DNA from: an uncultured bacterium
GTDB lineage: Bacteria; Patescibacteriota; JACMRA01
NCBI GenBank assembly: GCA_963784355.1
Contig: CAWAQU010000003.1
Span: 1-64,000, forward strand
Direction of reading: 5' to 3'
DNA: 64,000 bases
This document shows, piece after piece, positions 31,694 to 42,000 of the stretch. A program made the position numbers and the translations under genes. The notes beneath the pieces are model-generated. The model was not told where the DNA came from. It was given only the letters and a program-made list of their open reading frames with translations, and did no database searches. How positions within the stretch are numbered: position 1 is the stretch's first letter; every line of letters begins with the position of its first letter.

Positions 31694-31903
31694 TTATAAA
31701 TCATTATCTTTTGTGTTATAATAGTTTTTTGTATTAATAGCTGAGGGTATTAGAAACCAAAATATTCCCCAAATTAAAAAGACCCAAACTGCTACATGTA
31801 ATAAAATATTAAATAATAATTCAAATGCTTCTGTGAAGGCTCTAAAGTCTTTATTTGAAAATTTAAAAGACTTTAGTTTACTAGTTAAATCAGAAAAGTT
31901 CAT
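31694..31903 (-). CDS. Small membrane protein; frame continues past TAA to ~31574
   Basis: One TM; in-frame continuation VLSEKDYCLKYY... Confidence 0.5.
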   Translation of the reverse strand: MNFSDLTSKLKSFKFSNKDFRAFTEAFELLFNILLHVAVWVFLIWGIFWFLIPSAINTKNYYNTKDNDL

Positions 31904-31907
31904 ATTA

Positions 31908-32063
31908 TTAATTAATAAAGAGTTTATAAAAATTGAAATGTCCGTTGGGTGAAAATAGTAAGGCTAAAATAACAGCAATAATAATTATCAAAACCCAATG
32001 AATTAATTTGAATGACTTAATTATCTCAAGTTCTGATTTTATGAAATTAATAGTTTTTGACAT
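31908..32063 (-). CDS. 51-aa single-TM protein (cassette A)
   Basis: MSKTINFIKSELEIIKSFKLIHWVLIIIIAVILALLFSPNGHFNFYKLFIN; paralog at 51579. Confidence 0.75.
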   Translation of the reverse strand: MSKTINFIKSELEIIKSFKLIHWVLIIIIAVILALLFSPNGHFNFYKLFIN

Positions 32064-32212
32064 AAGCTTGTAATTATGGTAGTACCTTTAGATGTCTTAG
32101 GTTTTGACAATACATACTATTTGAAGTTTGAGTCATTTAATCAATTTTGCTAGTTGATTAGTACCTACACTTTTTTGAAGTAATTAAGATTATCAGACTT
32201 TGAATATCAAGA

Positions 32213-32380
32213 TTATTTTTTTGGTAATTTTTCTTGATTAAATATTGTTAATATTTTCTGCCTTAATTTATTTATTTGCTTCAAACTGAGTTTTGGACTC
32301 AACTTAAAGCTTAGTTCAAATTCTAAGATAGACCCATAAAGGTTTTTATAAACGCTTGAAAGCTTAGAATTTTTAGACAT
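32213..32380 (-). CDS. 55-aa basic protein (cassette A)
   Basis: EFELSFKLSPKLSLKQIN matches EFELMYNLSPKLTVKQIN in 51366..51554. Confidence 0.7.
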   Translation of the reverse strand: MSKNSKLSSVYKNLYGSILEFELSFKLSPKLSLKQINKLRQKILTIFNQEKLPKK

Positions 32381-32486
32381 AGTTAATCTAACCTACTTTT
32401 AATTAAGGTTTAATTATGAATCAAAGCTAAATTTTAGAATTTTTTGTACTAAAATTTAAAGCGATATAACCTTATAAAATTTTATA

Positions 32487-33707
32487 ATGTTGTCAATGAC
32501 TTTTTTTAAAACACAATACATAACAAATAAGTTTAATGTTAGCACAACCACAGTTTATAACTGGATAAAGGGTGCAATAAATAACGAAAACCTTTTAAAA
32601 TTAGAAAAGGTAAAAGACAAATATTATGTTATAAATTCTGAAGCAAATCTGTTTGAGATGAAAAGATTAAGCGATCAAGGAAGAAAAAACAAGCCAAGAT
32701 TTAATTCTGTAAAATTGACTGCAAATCCCGACTTTTATAATATTTTTACCCCTACTCAAGTAATTGAAATTATACATGATTTAAATAATTACAATGAAAT
32801 TCAACACAAATTTACATATCTTGGTATTGGAGCGAAAAGGTGGGGTCAATACGTTGAGGATACAGTAAATAAAAAAATAAGTGTTGGAACAACTAATACA
32901 ACCAAAGCTTTAGAAACAGTAAATCAATTTCTACAGAATAAACTGAGTGATTCTAAAATAAACATTTTTGATATAGGTCTGGGTGATTGTTTCCCAGTTA
33001 AAAATTATTTAAACAGCTTAATTCAAAGAAACTCACTAAATGCTTATATAGGATTGGATATTAGCCAAGACATAATTAATATGGGACTAGCTAATATCAA
33101 AAAATGGTTTGGTGATTCAATTGAAGTAGATAGCCAATCTGTTGATATTGCAGGTAGTCATTTTAGAGAAATTTTGGCTAAACATGAAGATCAAGGAAGA
33201 AATGTAGTATTATTTTTGGGTTTCACAATTGAGAATTTAAGAAACAAAATTGAAACTTTATTGAATATCAAAAATTCAATGAACAATTCTGATATTCTAG
33301 TTGTTACCTATAGTTTAGATATTGATTCATCAAAACCTATTCGTTTTCCTGATTTAAAAGATTCACCTGACGAAAAATTAGGCTTAAAGAAAAGATGGAT
33401 ACCAGAATTGCTTGGAATAATGCCTTCAATGTATGATGTGTTGGATGAATACAATTATGAGTCACGAGAGCGTAGAAAATATATAATTTTCAATCATGAT
33501 ATAGAAATTGAATTTAATACAAATCTTGGTATTAAAAATGTATATTTTAGAGCAGGTGACAAATTGTTAATCTGGAGACATACTCACCACTTGTTACATG
33601 AGTTAATCAAAGATTTAGACGATTTTGGATTCAATATTGACGCCTCTATTACATCTGATGATAGAGAAGAAGTTACCCTAGTTTTAAGTATGAAAAGTAA
33701 AATTTAG
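32487..33707 (+). CDS. N-terminal HTH + EgtD-like (histidine-specific) SAM methyltransferase fusion
   Basis: KFNVSTTTVYNWI HTH; KFTY..G...W, DIGLGD, LDIS, LFLG.TI.N. Confidence 0.75.
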   Translation: MLSMTFFKTQYITNKFNVSTTTVYNWIKGAINNENLLKLEKVKDKYYVINSEANLFEMKRLSDQGRKNKPRFNSVKLTANPDFYNIFTPTQVIEIIHDLNNYNEIQHKFTYLGIGAKRWGQYVEDTVNKKISVGTTNTTKALETVNQFLQNKLSDSKINIFDIGLGDCFPVKNYLNSLIQRNSLNAYIGLDISQDIINMGLANIKKWFGDSIEVDSQSVDIAGSHFREILAKHEDQGRNVVLFLGFTIENLRNKIETLLNIKNSMNNSDILVVTYSLDIDSSKPIRFPDLKDSPDEKLGLKKRWIPELLGIMPSMYDVLDEYNYESRERRKYIIFNHDIEIEFNTNLGIKNVYFRAGDKLLIWRHTHHLLHELIKDLDDFGFNIDASITSDDREEVTLVLSMKSKI

Positions 33708-33745
33708 GTTTTTTAAAGTACAAACTAATATAATGCGCTAATTAT

Positions 33746-33777
33746 AAAAAAAGTGGGCTTAAACTTGTTAAACCCAC
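33746..33777 (-). terminator. Rho-independent terminator (cassette A)
   Basis: GTGGGTTTAAC-AAG-TTTAAGCCCAC-T7; near-identical to 50011..50041. Confidence 0.8.
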
Positions 33778-33801
33778 CTAATTATAAATTGCTAGACTAA
33801 T

Positions 33802-33969
33802 TTACTTGATGTTCATGTAATTAAAAAGAAATACGATTATTACAAATATAAATGTAACTATATTTGCCAACCAAATCTTATCTTTAGTTTTTTTATATTT
33901 TACAATTGCATTGATGACACCAAACAGTCCTACTAGCAAACCTATAATTTGAATAACTTGAGAATACAT
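33802..33969 (-). CDS. 55-aa two-TM protein, putative orphan immunity protein
   Basis: MYSQVIQIIGLLVGLFGVINAIVKYKKTKDKIWLANIVTFIFVIIVFLFNYMNIK (below ORF-track cutoff). Confidence 0.7.
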   Translation of the reverse strand: MYSQVIQIIGLLVGLFGVINAIVKYKKTKDKIWLANIVTFIFVIIVFLFNYMNIK

Positions 33970-33975
33970 AATGTT

Positions 33976-34146
33976 TTATGTATTCTGCTTTATATACCAT
34001 ACTGTAAAAGCATAGATTATACCTACTGTTGCAAGACCTATCCGATGATACCAAAGTTTGTATTTTTCAGGAACAAGTAACTCACCTATCAATAGAAGAT
34101 TTAGTACTAGTATAAAGTTTTCATTAATAAACTTGATTAATTCCAT
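33976..34146 (-). CDS. 56-aa two-TM protein, putative orphan immunity protein
   Basis: MELIKFINENFILVLNLLLIGELLVPEKYKLWYHRIGLATVGIIYAFTVWYIKQNT. Confidence 0.7.
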   Translation of the reverse strand: MELIKFINENFILVLNLLLIGELLVPEKYKLWYHRIGLATVGIIYAFTVWYIKQNT

Positions 34147-34220
34147 AAAATTTTAAATTTTATCTTTGGCCTGTATAAAATCAACTCGTATACGAAATAT
34201 TGAACTCGAATTCATATGAC

Positions 34221-34412
34221 CTAGTTAACATTCCAATTGTTTTTTACCGACAGTACAATCCAAAATGACCAAAAGAATAAAATTAAAGCCACTCCAAGAA
34301 AATCTAAATAACCTAGTTCTTTTTTATTAATAATAGCTTTATTATAAAGTTGTTTAAGTATTATCACAGTAGCAAAAATAACTCCTGGAGTATAAATCAT
34401 TAAAGGTAACAT
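34221..34412 (-). CDS. 63-aa two-TM protein, putative cognate immunity protein
   Basis: 12 nt downstream of the precursor; TM-basic loop-TM. Confidence 0.7.
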   Translation of the reverse strand: MLPLMIYTPGVIFATVIILKQLYNKAIINKKELGYLDFLGVALILFFWSFWIVLSVKNNWNVN

Positions 34413-34424
34413 AAAATATAATTA

Positions 34425-35795
34425 TTAACATCTTGAACCTACCCACCAGCCAGAATTCCAAGTTCTGTATAATATTGCTCCATTTCCACAAACGGAATCA
34501 TTAGCGGAAATAAACGCGGCTAGTACACCAGAATAAGCCGAAACTAACCAGCCAAAAGGCCCAAATGCAGATGCTCCAATTGAAACTAAAGTAAACCCAA
34601 GAGATACTTTAACAGCACCACAATGATCAAGTATTGTTTTAATTCCCCACCAATAAGTTTCATTTATGGTGTAAGCGTTACAAATTATAGCCTCAGTTTT
34701 AACTCCAGTAACCAAACCATCAACTAAAGCCGCTTTGCTATTAGTTGCACTAGCAATATTTCTACCCTCTACTTTTAAAAGATTACTTAGATTATTCTTT
34801 TCTGCAATAGATAGTTTATTAAACTCACCAATAGCTAACTTAACTGTTTTTTCATCGTCTTTATCTAGCTTCAATTTATTTAACTTATCTTGAGATAAAA
34901 CTATATTTCCAGTACTTTCATCAATAATTCTAATTGATTCTACATTGGTGATTACATTTTGAGATAATGGCTTTTGACTTTGTAATTCTTTAAGTTTAGC
35001 CTGCTCTTCTTTAGATAATTTTGATATTAACTCTTCAGCTACTTCTTTTGTAGCTTGCTCTTTGGATTTCTTTTCTTTAGTTACTTTATCATTAATCTTA
35101 TCATCAAATTGTTTTTGCTGAGTTTTTAACTCCTGAGTAGTTGTATATTGAATATCAACTATAGCTTTATTAAAGTCTTTACTAATTTGAGTTTTAATAG
35201 ATTCAAGTGTTTTGAGACTACCTTGCAATGATAAAGAACTAATTTTTATACTATTTGAGCCGTTATTCAATAACTTCTCCAGTAAATTCTTTTTCTTAAC
35301 ATCTTTCTTAGCTTCTTGGAGTTTAGTATTATCTGTGTTTTTCAGTACAGGTTTGATTTGTTTAGCTTTGTCTGTATTTTTGTTGTTATTTAAATTTTCT
35401 AAAGCTAACAACTGGTTGTAAAAATTATCACTGCAATAATCTGTTATTTCAGATATTACTTTAGGTGTTTCCGAATCACAAGCTAGGTTTAGCGTTTCAC
35501 CCTTAATAATACCATTAACTGCAATGATGAGTCCACTTATTGCATAATCAGTTGTAACAGGTAATTTACTAGCTAAATAACCATAACTAGCATATCCTTC
35601 TACTGTACTATTTGAATTTGTTTTACCATTAACAGTTAAATATGCTTCAGGGCTGTTAATAGCTGACAAAGTATCTGCTTGAGTTTGAACTGAAAACAAA
35701 CTTGATACTGGGGCTGTCAGGGTTGTAAAAGCAAGGAAAACCGCTGTAACTGCTGTTGCGAGCTGGAGTGGTTTGAAAGTTTTGGGTATGAACAT
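34425..35795 (-). CDS. Secreted prepro-protein with Cys/WWG bacteriocin-like C-terminal domain (cassette A)
   Basis: Start moved to 35795 by alignment to the 48373 paralog; signal peptide; VKTEA followed by an 87-aa hydrophobic tail. Confidence 0.7.
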   Translation of the reverse strand: MFIPKTFKPLQLATAVTAVFLAFTTLTAPVSSLFSVQTQADTLSAINSPEAYLTVNGKTNSNSTVEGYASYGYLASKLPVTTDYAISGLIIAVNGIIKGETLNLACDSETPKVISEITDYCSDNFYNQLLALENLNNNKNTDKAKQIKPVLKNTDNTKLQEAKKDVKKKNLLEKLLNNGSNSIKISSLSLQGSLKTLESIKTQISKDFNKAIVDIQYTTTQELKTQQKQFDDKINDKVTKEKKSKEQATKEVAEELISKLSKEEQAKLKELQSQKPLSQNVITNVESIRIIDESTGNIVLSQDKLNKLKLDKDDEKTVKLAIGEFNKLSIAEKNNLSNLLKVEGRNIASATNSKAALVDGLVTGVKTEAIICNAYTINETYWWGIKTILDHCGAVKVSLGFTLVSIGASAFGPFGWLVSAYSGVLAAFISANDSVCGNGAILYRTWNSGWWVGSRC

Positions 35796-35963
35796 ATGTA
35801 TAAAACAAATATATTTTTTAAAAGCTAAGAATCTGTACAGAAATTCAAGCTGATTGTGCCTATTTGTTATAAATCCTCTTGTCAAGATACTTAAAAGTAT
35901 CATTTTGGGTAAAATGTGCATGAAAGACCTTTAAAATTGTGTATGTTACTCATACTAGCTTTT

Positions 35964-36251
35964 TTATAGGAAGTTGGATAAAATATTAAAAATGAAAGAA
36001 AATCTACCGGAAGTCTTTGACTCTAAAAATCTATCTCTATAAATTTCAAATTCAGGATATTTTTCCGAAAACTCATTTAATATAGCCAACTGCTCCTCGT
36101 CTGTAAGATTTTGAACTTGATCTTTAATAAAGTCTTTACCATTTTCTGCACTATCACTTTCTTTAATACCTTTTATACTCTTAATTATAGCAATTAAATA
36201 TTGCTGCTGCTCTTCAGTTAAGTTAGGTAAATTGTCTATTGATATGCTCAT
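35964..36251 (-). CDS. 95-aa hypothetical protein (paralog of 52084..52371)
   Basis: Clearly alignable over its full length. Confidence 0.8.
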   Translation of the reverse strand: MSISIDNLPNLTEEQQQYLIAIIKSIKGIKESDSAENGKDFIKDQVQNLTDEEQLAILNEFSEKYPEFEIYRDRFLESKTSGRFSFIFNILSNFL

Positions 36252-36498
36252 ACCGAGTATCTAATAATAAAAATTATATGTGATCAAGCTGCATAACGGG
36301 CCTTTAAACCCGTTTAACTAAATTCACAACTTGCAATTTATCTGAGTCAACTAAAAGTGACTTTACAAAGCTCATTTCTCCGTCATTATCGTTGGGGCTA
36401 AAACTAACCATTCCAGCTATAATATGAGCATTATTTATTACATTTATAAAAGCTTTAATTAGTCTAAATGATAAAATCTTGCCGTTATCTGCATATTA

Positions 36499-37534
36499 AC
36501 CCAAATCACGAAAATAAATTAATCCAACAAATTCAATCAATCTTAAAACAATCTTAGAACAACCATCTTTACTTCAAACTTAAATTTGAACTCTTAGACT
36601 CCTATACTTTTACTTCAAACTTTACTAAATTAAGACAACAAAAAAGGGTGCAAGTACATGACTACAAACACCCAAAATCAATCTACGGAAATTTTACAAA
36701 TCAGACAAGTACATAATTTCTTTCTTCAGTTTTATCAGGAAAAGAAGTGGAAAAACAAAGGTAGGCCATTAACTTTAAAACCTCCGGATATAGCTACAAT
36801 TACCCTAATCCAAAAACATTACCAGATTAAAACTCTTAAATCACTTCACAATTTACTGAAAGAAAAATATACAGATATATTTCCAAAACTTCCGGCATAT
36901 CAAAACTTTGTAATCATAATGAATAAAAGTAGTACTTTTCTCCTAAGCATATTGCTTTTAGTTTTACAAGCAGGTAAGCCTTATCTTACTAAGGTCAAAT
37001 TCATTGACTCAACTCCTGTACCGGTCTGTAAAGTATATAGAAGTAAAGGGCATAAAACAATGAAACTATTAGCCAGTAAGAAAAAGAGTACTACAGGCTG
37101 GTTCTATGGATTAAAACTACATCTAATTTGTGATGAGAATTATCATTTAGCGTGTTTTAAATTCACAACAGGATCAGTTGATGATAGAATAGTTTTAAAT
37201 GAGTTTATGGAAAAAATTAGGTTTACAAATTCAACTTTAGTAGCAGATGCAGGATATGTATCAAAGCAGTATGAAAGTAAGTTTTGGAATTCAGGAACAT
37301 ATTTTCTAACAGCAACAAAAGCTAATATGAAAGTATTGGCTAGTATATACCAACAAAAGCTAATGAATATGAGATCAAAGATAGAGACAGTATTTTCAAT
37401 ATTAAAAGATAAGTATCAGTTGATTACTTCAGTACCAAGATCAATAAACGGGTATTTAGCTCATTACGTTAGAAGTTTGTTTGGGTATGTATTTTGTGGA
37501 ATAGAGGGGTTTTTGGTAATTTCGTGATTTGGGT
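36499..37534 (+). mobile_element. IS982-family insertion sequence
   Basis: TIR ACCCAAATCACGAAA at both ends, 1036 bp; no target duplication visible. Confidence 0.9.
36658..37527 (+). CDS. IS982-family DDE transposase
   Basis: IDSTP.PVC, GWFYGLKLH, ADAGY, R..IETVFS.LK. Confidence 0.92.
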   Translation: MTTNTQNQSTEILQIRQVHNFFLQFYQEKKWKNKGRPLTLKPPDIATITLIQKHYQIKTLKSLHNLLKEKYTDIFPKLPAYQNFVIIMNKSSTFLLSILLLVLQAGKPYLTKVKFIDSTPVPVCKVYRSKGHKTMKLLASKKKSTTGWFYGLKLHLICDENYHLACFKFTTGSVDDRIVLNEFMEKIRFTNSTLVADAGYVSKQYESKFWNSGTYFLTATKANMKVLASIYQQKLMNMRSKIETVFSILKDKYQLITSVPRSINGYLAHYVRSLFGYVFCGIEGFLVIS

Positions 37535-38183
37535 TAGTATCCAAAAACTCTTGGTTAATTTCTTCAATTTTTGGAAACATGAAATAAATTCCTGGATTAT
37601 TTTCTCGCTCTTCTCTAAAGTTTGAAGGATATCTTACAAACCTACGATTACTATCTACATAGTTAGCAGGATAATAAAATTGTGACTTTTGATTGTATAG
37701 GGTTTTAAAGAAATTTACTTTCTGAAATTCAAATTGCTCAAGTAAATCATGATATGTCGACATTGCTATTTTGTAATGCTCCCGACTGTTACAAGTACTA
37801 GGATTTGCTAATGCCTTCCAAGCTTTAATAGCATTTCTGAGGTGGTCCATATAATCCAGCACTCTAATAATATAAAATAGGTCTTCATTTAGAAATTCAT
37901 ATGGGATATTTTTAAGTTCTTTTGGAGCCAGCTTTGTCCGGATTTCATCGTCATGATACCAAGCAACATACTCTTTATCTTTAAGCTTTGGTTCTGGATA
38001 TGGAAATTTCCATTCGGTCGATACAAATTTTTCATTAGAATCTAAGTCTTTTATATCTTTTTCTATCCATTTAGCGGGCAGCCTATGTGTACCTGAATTA
38101 TCATGAGTTGCTGCTTTAATCTCTTTTTTTGGCATTTGCTTTCTATCAAGAGATGAAACCCATTTTTCAGCCTTTCCGTTCAT
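37535..38183 (-). pseudogene. Hypothetical protein truncated by IS982
   Basis: ORF runs into the IS right end and stops inside it at 37464. Confidence 0.6.
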
Positions 38184-38325
38184 ATTGCTATAAAAATTAA
38201 TATTTTCTTATTATAGCATAATTTTAAGCTCTTGTACAAAACTGAGTAAAAGAGTGTATTGGATGGTTAGGAGTTCGTGTTACCAACTAACTATAAATCA
38301 ATTATTTCACATTATGACTTAGTAT

Positions 38326-39057
38326 TTACTCTGCTAAGGCTAAATCTTCTACTTTCCTGTCTTTGTAGACTATTTGTGCACCCAGCAAACTAGCATCACT
38401 ATATATATTTATATTACGGTCAAACTCTAGTCTTACAAAACTTACACCTTTATCTTGAACAATGAAATCCAAGAAATATTTTTTAACAGCTCCATGAACC
38501 ATGACCCTATCTCCTGGGTCAATTGCTTTTTCAATCTCAGAATAAATCATATTTTTTTTAAGTAACTTGAATTGTTCAACTTTCCTTCCAGCATATTTAG
38601 TACCACTTGGAGAAGCTAAGTCTGAATTATCATCTTGATCTTGTTGCCCCTCAAACTCAATATCACCACTATCAGGATTATTCTGTGATAAGTCTTGTTT
38701 TTTTGCTAACTTTACTGTCTCTTCAAAAGAATATTTTGTTGTTCCTCCTGTTACTGAATTTTGTTTGTCTATATTCCAAAGTAGTAATTTATCTCTGTGT
38801 AGCTGATATATTAGTATTATTCTTTGACCTTCAGGTGTTGGTTCGGGAGTATTGTAAATCAATGTATATTTTGGATTGAACAGATCAAATTTGGAAAGCA
38901 CTATTTCCTGTTTATCACTAAAGTTTTCTAGGTACTTTAGTTGATCATTGTCCATATATTTTATAAAATAGGGAGCATAAACTAGTGGGATGAAAGTTAG
39001 TAATAATGCTATGAGAACTACTAGGGTTAATAATATAATTGTTATTTTTTTAGACAT
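38326..39057 (-). CDS. Membrane-anchored extracellular protein, candidate immunity partner of the giant protein
   Basis: MSKKITIILLTLVVLIALL anchor; starts 16 nt after the giant ORF stop. Confidence 0.65.
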   Translation of the reverse strand: MSKKITIILLTLVVLIALLLTFIPLVYAPYFIKYMDNDQLKYLENFSDKQEIVLSKFDLFNPKYTLIYNTPEPTPEGQRIILIYQLHRDKLLLWNIDKQNSVTGGTTKYSFEETVKLAKKQDLSQNNPDSGDIEFEGQQDQDDNSDLASPSGTKYAGRKVEQFKLLKKNMIYSEIEKAIDPGDRVMVHGAVKKYFLDFIVQDKGVSFVRLEFDRNINIYSDASLLGAQIVYKDRKVEDLALAE

Positions 39058-39073
39058 ATGGGTTAATTTTTTA

Positions 39074-42000
39074 CTATTTTGGATAGTAAGTGCTTTCTCT
39101 ATCATTTATGATTACTTTAAGCTGATCAATACTGTTCGGTTTGTTAATGATTAAAGATCCATTATGACCATCATAAGCTTGTTTTTTGCATTCATAGGGT
39201 ATGATAACAAATTTGTAACACGTGTCAATTTTTTCTTTTTGCCAGTTATTATGTAAATCAAAATCTTTTATATCAAGAACTAGGTCTATGTCACCTAGTA
39301 TTGCTTTCTCCCTATTCATTCTTTGCCAGCTTTGCACCACCCAGCCATGTTCGCTCCCTGTATCATATAAACTCCCAAAGTCCATTCTGAAAGATTCTGA
39401 AGCTGATTTAGCGTATTCTTGATTTCCAGCTAAGCTCCTTTTACCTACAAAGGCCCTACTAAAATCAGAATATTCTTTAAAATCTTTCCTTTTCTGATCT
39501 GGATTTAAATATACGTTATATTTTCCTGCCACCTCAGCTGGCGGGTCAAGAGCTATTAAATCAGGTTTTTTACCAAATCTCTCAGCCATTTCCCCACTCA
39601 AGATAGACCCTAAAGAATGCCCGACAACCTTTAGATTATCTCCATCACTCAACCCCCATTCTCTTAGTTTTTCCACTGTTTTATCTGCCACAGGACCAAT
39701 CCAAGTAGCAGCCCTTGCCACCCCAGTTGGACAATTTGTACCAAATATACATTGACCTTTATCATTGTTTGAAGCTTCAGACCAGTCAAGTAATAGCACA
39801 ATATCATCCGGATATTCAGCTTTAATATTTCTACCTATTTTTTCAAATTCTCCCACAGGCTCATCATCCCATCCATGGGTAACAACCCAGACTTTTTTAC
39901 CCTGCTCATAACCAAAATTATACATATTTCTATCTTCATCATCCAAAAACTTAAGTTTGATACGTCTTTGATTTCTATCTACTATATCTCCCTCACGGCC
40001 TATATTACTATCTCCGTTTTTTAATACCCCGCCTGTATCACTTCTATCTCCTTTCACTGTAAAAGTACGCTCCACGCCCTCCCCATATTCAGGCAATCTA
40101 CTCAAATCTTTATCTAGCCTAATTCTGTTGCTGGATTTCTCATTTTTCCAATAAGTACTTCTATCAGGCAACTTACAACTACCTCCAAAACACTCAGTTT
40201 CATGGAAAATTTTTGAATCAAACCAAATCTCATCTTGCATAGTTACTTTGTCACCTCTATTATTTGGATCGCTGGACCATCTCGTCTCTACATCGAAACT
40301 GAATCTACCACTAGAGTTTGTATTTTCTTGCTCAGAAGTTATATTTTCGTCAAATAGCTGTATAGTATTTTTCCTACCAATCCATTTACTGCTTTGCAAT
40401 TTCTCATATTTTTCCTCAACAATTTTATCCTTATCAAATAATCTTATTTTAATTTCTTGATCTTTAGCGGGAGCTACTGCAAAAACTCTATATTTTGCTG
40501 AACTTTCTCCTGTGATTTCAGAAACTTTAACTACTTTGGTAATTTTAGGAGCCGGGAAATCAATTCCCCTAAAAGTACCGCCTGATCCGAGCCAATTTTT
40601 ATCAAAGTCAACAGTAATAACATCTGCACCCTTATTATCATAAAACCAATTTTCCAAATCCTCTTGACCACCTTCTCCAGCTTTAACACAAAATTTTTGG
40701 AACTGTTCTGGAGTCAAATTATCTTTTTCCTTTCCTAGATAAGTAGTAGGGTTTACGGCACGATTTTTCTTTCTAATTTCAAAATGCAAGTGGGCTCCTG
40801 TAGAATTACCGGTGTTCCCTACCCGACCAATAATAGTGTTTGTATCTACAACATCGCCAGGTTTTACTAAAGGATTTTTTTCATGCTGTAAATGCACATA
40901 CAAGCTGGTAATATTATTTCCATGATCAATTAAAACGTAATTTGCTGTGTCTATAAGTCTACCCGTGTCATCGTACTGCCCTTTGTCAGATTCGGTAAAA
41001 CCAAAAACAGTTTTCAAAACTACTCCGGCCGCGGCAGGATAAACAGGTTCACCTGGCAAAACTCCGTTATAGTCTACTCCTGTATGGTATTTTGTTTTAT
41101 TAAAATACTGTTGGCTGTATCCATATGGAAAACCAACGTAAGCGTCTTCACTGTGCAGCGGTTTTTTATAAACCCCGTCGTTACCTCCATATCCACATTT
41201 GGGACATTCTTTTGTAGTAATTTTCTTTACTGATTCATCAGAAATATTTCCGGCCCTATCTATAAGTTTCACTGTAATAACATACTCAGTTTTACCACAT
41301 TGTAGTTGGCCAACTAAATCAGTATTTTCATATATCCCTTGATTATTTAAAGTTACATTTAGATTAGATACTCCGCCTTTGGAATTAGTTATAGCTATAT
41401 CAGCCTTAACATCTTTCTCGCCTTTAATCTGTAGGCTAATAAATTGTGCTAAAATATCTCCAGTAGTGTCCAAATCAAGCGTGGGCTTTCTGGGAGCAAC
41501 AGTATCTCTTTCTAATCTAGTCTCCAGCCAACTTCCTGCATTCCCGGCTGTATCTACTGCTCTCATTTTGACCAAATAATTGCCGTCCTGACAGATCCCA
41601 AGTCTACGGGTATCTATAATTCTGGTACAATTACTCACTTCATCGTCGCGCCTTTGTAAACCTAAATTTAAAACAGCATTACCATATCCGTCAGCACCAT
41701 TTCTAAAAACAGTTTGCCTCATTCTATCATTTTCTTGTCTAATAATTTCATACTCCATATCAGCCTGTCTTTCACCTTCATGATCCAGTTTTATTTGTAT
41801 ATCTCGAGTGATTCCTTTTTGTGGGTAATCAATGATCGGACCGAAATTTACCGAAGTAATATTTTTCATCAGGTGATTTTTTGGTGCGTCGGCATCGTGG
41901 TAAATTGTCAAAGATTTATTAAAATCGCTTGTATTCCCGGCCAAATCAATTACCTGTCCTTGAAGGACATACCAGTTCTGAGGAATTCCTAGTGGAGACA

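Noticed and set aside
32487-33707. Ergothioneine biosynthesis cluster
   Set aside because: No EgtB/EgtC/EgtE-like genes nearby, and the proteins are HTH fusions.
35796-35921. 42-aa N-terminal extension of the 498-aa ORF
   Set aside because: It overlaps the conserved promoter region; the paralog starts at the equivalent of 35795.
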